Assembly (NCBI GenBank): GCA_902462065.1
Contig: CABQAK010000004.1
Coordinates: forward strand, 16,396-80,395
Source of the DNA: an uncultured Collinsella sp.
GTDB taxonomy: Bacteria > Actinomycetota > Coriobacteriia > Coriobacteriales > Coriobacteriaceae
Reading direction: 5' to 3'
Length of the DNA stretch: 64,000 bases
This document shows, piece after piece, positions 57,801 through 64,000 of the stretch. The notes beneath the pieces were generated by a model. That model saw only the letters and a list, made by a program, of their open reading frames with translations, was not told the DNA's origin and did no database searches. Within the stretch, counting starts at the first letter, position 1; each line of letters starts with the position of its first letter. Both the position numbers and the translations under genes were made by a program.

Positions 57801-58126
57801 GTAAGCGCCAGCTCCACGTTTTCCAAAATGGTCTGATGCGGAATGAGGTTATAGCTTTGGAACACAAAGCCGATGCGGTTGTTACGGTAGGCATCCCAAT
57901 CGCGATCGCGAAAGTCCTTGGTCGAGATGCCGTCGATGAGCAGGTCGCCGGAATCGAAATGATCGAGTCCACCGATTACGTTGAGCATCGTAGTTTTGCC
58001 CGAGCCCGAGGGGCCCAGAATGGCCACGAACTCGTTATCGCGAAAAGACAGGCTTACGTCGTCGAGCGCCACCTGCGTAAACGACTGCGTAACGTACCTT
58101 TTGCAAATACCCTTGAGCTCCAGCAT
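54872..58126 (-). CDS. Fused ABC transporter: ATPase plus a MacB/FtsX-type permease with a large extracytoplasmic domain
   Basis: GPSGSGKTT, LSGGQMQRVAIARAL and VLADEPTGALD, followed by a TM segment, a soluble region of about 650 aa, and a C-terminal FtsX-like TM bundle. ATG at 58126. Confidence 0.85.
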   Translation of the reverse strand: MLELKGICKRYVTQSFTQVALDDVSLSFRDNEFVAILGPSGSGKTTMLNVIGGLDHFDSGDLLIDGISTKDFRDRDWDAYRNNRIGFVFQSYNLIPHQTILENVELALTLTGVGHAERCQRAREALEKVGLGEHVNKRPSQLSGGQMQRVAIARALINDPEIVLADEPTGALDSTTSVQVMDLLKDVARDRLVIMVTHNPELAYQYATRIVNLADGRITDDSDPFDVAKAARREAKPTRKTSMSFVTALGLSARNLMTKKGRTAMTAFAGSIGIIGIAAILALSNGVNGYIKKVEEDTLSSYPLTISKQDYDLSSMMGGQGAADDDSPEYVDSSDDSAGSKAKGTDKIPVVTAVKDMFASVKSNDMTSFKAWLDAGGDGIDKDVNAIQYGYGVSPVVYRAGKGDEKPVRLVPNAMTEAMSGGASSAATVSMESMGTSVFNEMIEDQSLLDSQYDVVAGHWPTSANEAVMVLSSRGTVGDYTLYSIGALDIDELNDLVNSAMAADGKVETPETGTDFTYDDALSTTFKVLSPADAYRKNEETGMWTDMSDDADFMAAKVADGIDVHIVGVVRPNETANASALSPGIAYTHALTRQLMERAADSQIVQEQLAHPETDVFTGKTFDELQGEAKQGVDLGSMFSVDEAALKSVFSFDTSALSGAAGGMDLSGLDLSGLDIDLSDVGKDIDFSDIMAKAPAPDFSGIFDGLELTPEQMQQVGTLANQLFEGFLQSDQFRALSPEDLRDASKLAAAFSTYLENDATAQQCLTQLKALGGDVLVERLQQAMTDYVQKQLAPYLQQAMDQVMKSISDQIAATVSAQLKAGAAGLMDQMATQMSSSFANLASAMRVDASAFARAIHFNMDAEDLSSLMMSYAKASKLTYDNNLTTLGYADEADPISVKIFPRDFEAKERVLDHIDAYNKQVKAADHDEQAISYTDYMGIIMGSVTDIVNTISLVLIAFVSISLVVSSIMIGIITYISVLERKKEIGILRAIGASKRNVANVFNAETFIEGLIAGVFAIVVVVAVSFPVNAWALAAKQVRNLMSLPVQDALALIAISVLLTVVAGLLPARSASRKDPVEALRSE

Positions 58127-58278
58127 GGACGGCAACCTCTCCCACGCGGGCACGTTCACCCGCTCTCCCCCGCCGTTCGTATTCGACGCGTTTGTCCTAC
58201 TCTATCCCCATTTTTTGCCGGCGCCAGTGAGGAATGTAACGAAGCACGCCAAAAAACGAACGGGACGGCGCCTAAAAG

Positions 58279-58301
58279 AAGAGGTCCCGAGCGGGACCTC
58301 T
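58279..58301 (-). terminator. Intrinsic terminator or attenuator between the tlpA-like gene and the ABC gene
   Basis: On the minus strand: agaggtcccg ct cgggacctct followed by tctttt. Confidence 0.6.
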
Positions 58302-58380
58302 GTATGGTGGAGATTATCTTGAAAGGCAGCGGACTACTCTGCACAGCGGCGCGCGATCCTCGCCATGCTTTACGCGTTTT

Positions 58381-59358
58381 CTACTGCTCGCTATTCGCAA
58401 TCGCCTGGTCGATAAGTTTGTTGAGTGCTGCGCGCTGCTCGGCGGAGCTGATGGCTCCCACGATTGGATCCCCTACGATATTGCCATTCTGATCGATGAC
58501 ATACGTTGTCGGGAACGAGAACAAATTTGACGTGAACTTACCGGCCTCGCTATCCGACTTGAACCAGATGTTCTTATACGTCACGCCCTTCTTGCTCAGC
58601 ACGTCCTTGGCATCTGCAATCTCGCCCTTGTTGCCATCGAGCGTAAAGGAATTGACGCCCACGACCTGGCCGCCCTTCTTGGCAAGCTCCTGATTCAGTT
58701 TCTCAAGATCGCCCAGCTCGCCCACGCACGGCTTGCAAGTAGTGAACCAGAAGTTCATGACGGTGACCTTGTTCTTAGAGAACAGCTCGTCGCTGTTCAC
58801 GTCGTTGCCATCCAGGTCCTTGCCCGTAAAGCTGGGGAACTTCGTCGCCTCGTTCGAAGCATTGGCACCAGCCGTCATGCCAGCGGTCGAAGCGTCGACG
58901 CTCTCGCCTGCACTCGGCGTGCTTCCACAGCCGGGGAACTCCTTCTCCAGGCTCTCGAGCTTGTCCTCGATCTCCTTGATCTGCTTCGCACCGGCCTTGA
59001 GCGTCTTAAGCTCATCCGCCGTGAACTCATCCTTGGCACCGTCGATGGTCTTGAGCAGGAAATCGCCGTAATTGCTGCCGTCCTCAATCATTGCCGAGTC
59101 TTTATTTGCCGCATTGAATACCTTTTCCCACAGCGCGTTATCACTCGAAAAGATCTCGTTCTCCTTCTGCATGAGCTTCGCATACAGCTCGGCGGCCTCG
59201 TCGGCATTGGTCGGCTTCTGCGCAGTGAGTTCTGCGATCTTAGGATCGGAGCTCGCAGATTCGCTCGCATTGCCACCGGGTGCCGAACATGCCACAAGAC
59301 ACAAGGCCAATACCGGCACCATAAACAGGGCCGCAATCTTAGAAAGCTTCATAGTCAT
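58381..59358 (-). CDS. TlpA/ResA-like thioredoxin-fold lipoprotein with a long N-terminal helical domain
   Basis: Lipobox LVAC and a C-terminal redoxin domain with NFWFTTCKPC (CxxC). Confidence 0.8.
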   Translation of the reverse strand: MTMKLSKIAALFMVPVLALCLVACSAPGGNASESASSDPKIAELTAQKPTNADEAAELYAKLMQKENEIFSSDNALWEKVFNAANKDSAMIEDGSNYGDFLLKTIDGAKDEFTADELKTLKAGAKQIKEIEDKLESLEKEFPGCGSTPSAGESVDASTAGMTAGANASNEATKFPSFTGKDLDGNDVNSDELFSKNKVTVMNFWFTTCKPCVGELGDLEKLNQELAKKGGQVVGVNSFTLDGNKGEIADAKDVLSKKGVTYKNIWFKSDSEAGKFTSNLFSFPTTYVIDQNGNIVGDPIVGAISSAEQRAALNKLIDQAIANSEQ

Positions 59359-59381
59359 TCCTCCGTTTTGTCGAAGCTTGT

Positions 59382-60251
59382 TTACTTTTTATCGGCGGTC
59401 AAGGGAAGCTTTTCCGCCGACACATCCAGGCCATAGCGATAGCTAATGGCATCGACGGGACAGGCCCCGATGCACTTTCCGCACCGGATACATTCGGCAT
59501 GATTGGGCGCGCGGACCACATCGACGTCCATCTGACAAACCCTTGAACACTTGCCGCACGAGACGCATTTGCACGCGTCAACCCGAATCCCCAACAAGGA
59601 CACCCTATTCATGAGTGCATAGAATGCACCGAGCGGGCAAATCCATTTGCAAAAGGGGCGATAGAACAAAACGCTCAGCACTACCACGGCAATGAGAACG
59701 GCAAGTTTCCAGGTAAAGAGCTGCCCCAGCGCAGATCGAATGCCGGCGTTGGCAATGGCCAGCGGAATGGCGCCCTCGAGCACACCCTGCGGACAGATGT
59801 ACTTACAAAAGAACGGATCTCCCATCCCCAGATCATTGACCACCAGCACAGGCAGCAATACCACAGCAAACAGCAGCACGACGTACTTGATGTACGTGAG
59901 CGGCTTGAGCTTTTTCGTGGAGAACTTTTTGCCGGGAATCTTGTGGAGCAGCTCCTGCAGCCAGCCAAACGGGCACAGAAAGCCGCATACAAAGCGTCCC
60001 AGCAGCACACCGAGCAAAATGAGCGTACCGGTGACGTAGTAAGAAAAGTTGAACTTGGATGAACCTACTACCGACTGGAACGACCCGATGGGGCACGCAC
60101 CCGATGCCGCGGGGCACGAATAGCAATTAAGTCCAGGCACGCAGACGGTTTTTCCCGCGCCCTGATAGATGCCGCCTTTGGCAAAGTTTGGCAGGTGAAT
60201 GTTGGTGACGAGCGTCGCCGCCGCCTGAATGAATCCGCGAAATCGGGCCAA
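59382..60251 (-). CDS. NapH/MauN-like membrane polyferredoxin (4Fe-4S binding protein)
   Basis: CYSCP..ACP, CGFLCPFGW, CKYICPQG and CKWICPLG (Cx3CP), plus two CxxCxxCxxxC(P) ferredoxin motifs. I propose the TTG at 60251 as the start. The track start at 60371 overlaps the upstream small gene. Confidence 0.75.
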   Translation of the reverse strand: MARFRGFIQAAATLVTNIHLPNFAKGGIYQGAGKTVCVPGLNCYSCPAASGACPIGSFQSVVGSSKFNFSYYVTGTLILLGVLLGRFVCGFLCPFGWLQELLHKIPGKKFSTKKLKPLTYIKYVVLLFAVVLLPVLVVNDLGMGDPFFCKYICPQGVLEGAIPLAIANAGIRSALGQLFTWKLAVLIAVVVLSVLFYRPFCKWICPLGAFYALMNRVSLLGIRVDACKCVSCGKCSRVCQMDVDVVRAPNHAECIRCGKCIGACPVDAISYRYGLDVSAEKLPLTADKK

Positions 60252-60276
60252 AACATGCGACGCAGTGTTTTCTCTT

Positions 60277-60423
60277 TTATCCAATTCCGATACACTCCAA
60301 GCACAGCCTAATCGCTTTGGCCAGCACGGCATCCGCCTCGCCACGCATAACGCCAAAGCACACCATGACAATTCCGACGATCAACAAAGCGACCTGTACC
60401 ACGGGTTTTACCGCTTTGAACAA
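60277..60423 (-). CDS. 48-aa membrane CXXC mini-protein (CD1871A-like), absent from the ORF track
   Basis: aaaggag lies 8 nt before the TTG start. It translates to MFKAVKPVVQVALLIVGIVMVCFGVMRGEADAVLAKAIRLCLECIGIG, with one TM helix and a C-terminal CLEC motif. Confidence 0.6.
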   Translation of the reverse strand: MFKAVKPVVQVALLIVGIVMVCFGVMRGEADAVLAKAIRLCLECIGIG

Positions 60424-60513
60424 CCTGACCACTCCTTTCGTTACGCGACCATTGGACCATATCGGCTATAAAATCCGTGTTAAGCGCGATTTGAAATGTG
60501 CAAGGAGACTGTT

Positions 60514-61188
60514 ATGCGTATTTTGATCGTCGAGGACGAGCGGGCGCTGTGTGACGCAATCGCGCGCAGCTTGCGAAACTTGGCGTACAGTGTCGACTGC
60601 TGTCACGACGGACAGGAGGCGCTCGACCTACTGGACGTTGAGGCCTTCGACCTCGTGGTACTCGACCTCAACCTTCCCCGCATCGACGGCATGACCGTAC
60701 TCAGGAAACTTAGGAAAACTGACTGCGAGACTAAGGTAATGATTCTGTCCGCACGTGGCGAAGTATCCGACAAAGTCGCCGGACTCGATGCCGGCGCCAA
60801 CGATTACCTCACCAAGCCGTTTCATCTGGACGAGCTTGCGGCAAGGATTCGCAGCCTTACCCTCAGACGCTTTACACAAAGCGACATAGCTTTAACCTGC
60901 GGAAAGCTCAGCTTTGACACCAAGGCGCGCATCGCTTCCGTGAACAGCGAGGCTTTATCTCTTACGCGCAAGGAAACGGGAATCTTGGAATACCTGATGC
61001 TTAATCAGGGGCGTCCGGTAAGTCAAGAAGAGCTTATCGAGCACGTTTGGGATAGCAGCGTGAACAGCTTTAGCAACGCAACCCGCGTTCATATTTCGTC
61101 GCTCCGAAAAAAGTTGCGCAGCGCTTTGGGATACGACCCGATTCGCAATCGGATTGGAGAGGGCTACGTTATGGAGGATAACGAATGA
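60514..61188 (+). CDS. OmpR-family response regulator
   Basis: MRILIVEDE, DLNLPRIDG, and a winged-helix output domain (GYVM). The ATG follows aaggag. Confidence 0.9.
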   Translation: MRILIVEDERALCDAIARSLRNLAYSVDCCHDGQEALDLLDVEAFDLVVLDLNLPRIDGMTVLRKLRKTDCETKVMILSARGEVSDKVAGLDAGANDYLTKPFHLDELAARIRSLTLRRFTQSDIALTCGKLSFDTKARIASVNSEALSLTRKETGILEYLMLNQGRPVSQEELIEHVWDSSVNSFSNATRVHISSLRKKLRSALGYDPIRNRIGEGYVMEDNE

Positions 61189-62324
61189 AAAGGCTTTCGC
61201 TGCAATGGCGCATAACGATTATGACGGCACTGCTCACGTGTGCGGCATGCGTGCTGACAAACTGCCTGGTCGGCTATACGGGCATGCGCTACATGGATGC
61301 CATCGGCAGTAACATCTCGGCCTTTAACGCAACCGGCGAAGATTCGCCCCAGGCGTTCGACCCAACGAAAGCGACCCCCGATGACAAAGTCACGATCGTC
61401 GTAAACGACGCACAGGAGTCTTTTGGCACGACAACCTGGTGCATCACGGCTGGAGTCACACTCCTTGGCGGCGTGCTGGCATACTTTGTGAGCGGCCGTG
61501 CGCTCAAACCGCTACGGGCTTTTGCCGCCCAGGTTGAGCGTGTGCAGCCTGACAACCTAAGCGAAATCAGACTCAGTGAAGATGTGCCCACCGAGCTACA
61601 ACGATGCAGCGCCTCTTTCAACGACATGATCTCCCGTCTTGGCGAAGGGTTCTCTGCACAGCGTCAGTTTACCGGCAACGCCGCACACGAGCTGCGCACC
61701 CCGCTCGCCCTTATGCAAGCACAGATTGAACTATTCATCTCCGAGCACTCCGGTTTGCAACCCGAAACAGCCGAGCTGCTCGGCCTGCTACAAGAACAAA
61801 CCGAGCGCATGTCTCGAATGACCAAGGTATTGCTCGAGATGAGCGAGCTCCGCAGCGTTCCTTGCGAGGACGATGTGGAACTTGGTCCCTTGTCCGAAGA
61901 GGTCCTCACCGACCTTGCGCCACTTGCCGAAAATAAGGGCATAGCCCTCAATTGTGCTGGAGACGCTTTAGTAATCGGGAGCGACACGCTCCTCTATCGG
62001 CTGGTGTTTAACCTGGTCGAAAATGCCATCCGTTACAGCCACCCCGGCTCGACTGTCAACGTCTCCATCCGCGACAACGACAGCCACGTGTTCCTGCGAG
62101 TCGAGAACCAGGGCCCGGGAATACCCAAGCAGTACCGAGAGAGCATCTTCCAGCCGTTCTTTCGCCTGGATAAATCCCGCAGCAGGGCATACGGCGGCGC
62201 AGGACTCGGGCTAGCGCTCGTTTGGGAGATTGCAGCGCTTCACGGTGGCGCTGTAGAGGTCGAAACAAGTTCCGAGAACGGAACCGTGATGCTCGTGACC
62301 CTCTCAAAGGGGGCCACCACGTGA
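61185..62324 (+). CDS. Sensor histidine kinase
   Basis: Two TM segments, H-box AHELRTPL, N-box LVENAIRYS and a GGAGLGLALV G-box. Its start overlaps the regulator's stop. Confidence 0.88.
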   Translation: MKRLSLQWRITIMTALLTCAACVLTNCLVGYTGMRYMDAIGSNISAFNATGEDSPQAFDPTKATPDDKVTIVVNDAQESFGTTTWCITAGVTLLGGVLAYFVSGRALKPLRAFAAQVERVQPDNLSEIRLSEDVPTELQRCSASFNDMISRLGEGFSAQRQFTGNAAHELRTPLALMQAQIELFISEHSGLQPETAELLGLLQEQTERMSRMTKVLLEMSELRSVPCEDDVELGPLSEEVLTDLAPLAENKGIALNCAGDALVIGSDTLLYRLVFNLVENAIRYSHPGSTVNVSIRDNDSHVFLRVENQGPGIPKQYRESIFQPFFRLDKSRSRAYGGAGLGLALVWEIAALHGGAVEVETSSENGTVMLVTLSKGATT

Positions 62325-62326
62325 TC

Positions 62327-62821
62327 CGACTGTCCAGGGGTCCCACTCGGCATTGTGAAACGCGTCCCAAAACTTGGACATGAGAAATGGGGGGCAGTTC
62401 GCATCTATGCCGAGGACGAAGTCCTGGCGGGGATTCAGGATGCGCAGAGGAAGCTTACGACTGAAACCCCGACAGAGTCGTGACCGTCGGCGGCAACTGT
62501 ATGGTGTCGCTTGCTCTCTTCGATTACCTGCACGGGAAATACGAGAACGTTGGAATCGTCTGGATCTATGCGCATCCAGATGTATCCACGCTGAATGATG
62601 GCTACCCCAACGCTCACGCCATGGTACTTGGCAGCCTTTTGGGACAGGGTGCACCGCAACTCGTTTCGCGGATGCGGCATCCGGTGTTTAAGCCGAACGA
62701 CGTCCTGCATGTCGAGATACAGCAGTTCCACGACTATCAGGAAGTTTGCTTAAACAAGCATAGGTGTTGCGGTTTTAGCCGATGTCCTCATGGAGGAAAA
62801 CGACATGCTGGGTCTGTCTGA
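62327..62821 (+). pseudogene. 5'-truncated, frameshifted arginase/agmatinase-family (ureohydrolase) gene
   Basis: ..TVGGNCMVSLALFDYL...IVWIYAHPDVST..GYPNAHAMVLGSLLGQG resembles the GGDHS / W.DAH.D / H.M motifs of the family. The frame breaks at about 62480 and again at about 62760. There is no start codon, and the fragment abuts the kinase stop. Confidence 0.45.
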
Positions 62822-63352
62822 TTAAAGTCCAACAGTTTCCATGAGGCATCTAGCGCGGTAAAAGCTAAAGACCCGGGAGACCCCAAACTGTCAACCATCT
62901 TTACGGCTGCAAGGGAAACGGACAAGACGGCCCCCCTCTCGCTCCTATCCGAAACGGCGCTTGAACACGGCTGGATTGCAGCGAATGTCTCCGCCATGCC
63001 CGGCATGCTCGAAGATATCATCGAGCACACAAAGGAGGCCGCAGGCCGTTACCTCTCGCAGCCCCATACACGCGTGAGCGGAGTTCAAGTTGGGCGGCGG
63101 GGGCGGTTTAGCGCGCCAATATAATCAAATCGTGCACTTCCAAAGCCTCTCGTCTACGTGGTGTACCGTCGTCTCCCCTTTTATTAGAGTTGGGCGATTT
63201 TCGGGCACCCGAGCTGAACTCAAATTGAACTCAACGATGCCTTATCGGTCGAGGGCTTCCTAGCGAGAATATACAGAGGCGCACATTTCGCAGGGAACCT
63301 CCCATTCGTTATCATATCGGGATGCTGTCAAGGCGGCGTCAATGCGTTCGAC

Positions 63353-64000
63353 CTACACCTTCTCGCTTTCCGAGGCTTCGTCTGCAGGACCATCGGAATC
63401 GATACGGAATCGATCGGCATACCATTCATCCGAAGCAATCACCTTATGGAGCATCTGGAGATGCAGGTCGACATAGTGGCAGAACGCCTTGCCGCATTCC
63501 ACGAGAGACGCATTGTTTCTCTCGTTGGGCTCGGCTCCAAAATTAAACTCGACCTCATAGCCCTCCCCAGGCACACCCATGCTCGGCAGAATATCAGTGG
63601 AGAAGTGGACGAATCCAGACGTCATCTTATATACATCTTTTACCTTTGGATCGGACTTCTCGAGTAAGTCTTGAAGTCTTCCATCGGACATCTTCTCACC
63701 CGAGAAATCTTTCAGCTTGTTCACAGGCACACCTTGAAACACCTGCTTGAGAAAGTCATCCTGGTCTTCGGCGGCGAATAACGCGAATGTCCGCAGGCAG
63801 ACTCCAACCTGTGCGCGGAGAAGCTGGGCGACGCAAACAAGATTCCTCGACTCGAGCATGGAGATGAATCCGTCTATCAGTCTCATCGCATACTCAGAGG
63901 AGGATGCCAGATATAGATCCCATTGGGTAAAGTCGCCGTTCATGAAGGGAATCACTGCATTGCGCTCGGCGACTCTCAAGGCACTCAGGCTTTGTTCTAT
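63353..64000 (-). CDS. Hypothetical protein, 5'-partial (the frame is open to the window edge)
   Basis: At least 215 codons are open, with normal protein-like composition. GC is lower than in the flanking core genes. I recognised no motif. Confidence 0.5.
   Translation of the reverse strand: MEQSLSALRVAERNAVIPFMNGDFTQWDLYLASSSEYAMRLIDGFISMLESRNLVCVAQLLRAQVGVCLRTFALFAAEDQDDFLKQVFQGVPVNKLKDFSGEKMSDGRLQDLLEKSDPKVKDVYKMTSGFVHFSTDILPSMGVPGEGYEVEFNFGAEPNERNNASLVECGKAFCHYVDLHLQMLHKVIASDEWYADRFRIDSDGPADEASESEKV

Noticed and set aside
60252-60371. N-terminal 40-aa extension of the polyferredoxin ORF (track start 60371)
   Set aside because: It overlaps, out of frame, the RBS-preceded CXXC mini-gene, and it is Cys/Trp/Arg-rich nonsense. 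Homologous polyferredoxins begin near the ..RFRGFIQ.. segment.

Overview
This is a 64-kb chromosomal window from a high-GC Gram-positive anaerobe. Gene content suggests Coriobacteriia (Actinomycetota), but that is inference only. I support about 57 protein genes on both strands. I recognised no rRNA, tRNA, CRISPR array, transposase, integrase or phage gene.

Main content, left to right:
- A TPP-riboswitch-controlled thiM / ykoF-like / thiE operon.
- A patatin lipase.
- Two tandem paralogous GGDEF signalling proteins.
- Flavodoxin, ArsC-family and CobW genes, then trmL.
- Two paralogous ORC/Cdc6-like AAA+ ATPases flanking a short UvrA paralog, next to a Tet(M)-like GTPase and a GNAT.
- rsmJ and rlmA, a MATE pump, LysR plus a DMT transporter, and ung.
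- A yhhQ-SDR operon with a possible preQ1 riboswitch, then prfC.
- A YtrA-type GntR / ABC operon preceded by a phased six-site repeat array.
- EamA, flavodoxin-ferredoxin, ClC, LOG and K+ channel genes.
- Two hybrid sensor kinases coupled to solute-binding domains.
- patB, trmO, an XRE-TipAS fusion and a glutaredoxin.
- A 1-kb AT-rich insertion remnant, then dus.
- A TetR-controlled deiminase / divergent carbamoyltransferase / double-MFS cluster.
- A fused MacB-like ABC transporter.
- A redox module made of a CXXC mini-protein, a NapH-like polyferredoxin and a TlpA-like lipoprotein, with a divergent OmpR/HK pair.
- A decayed ureohydrolase gene and a partial hypothetical gene at the right edge.

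The most unusual signals:
1. At least five families of structured intergenic repeats: a 33-bp palindrome family, two roughly 185-bp MITE-like hairpin elements, a 60-bp hairpin element, 90-bp direct repeats bracketing the insertion, and a 3 x 80-bp phased dyad array.
2. An Asp-to-Asn change at the base-selectivity position in both GGDEF paralogs.
3. The unannotated CXXC small ORF that heads the membrane redox module.
4. A non-canonical guanidino-compound deiminase pathway.
5. Two single-nucleotide frameshifts at short homopolymers, which are either pseudogenes or sequencing errors.
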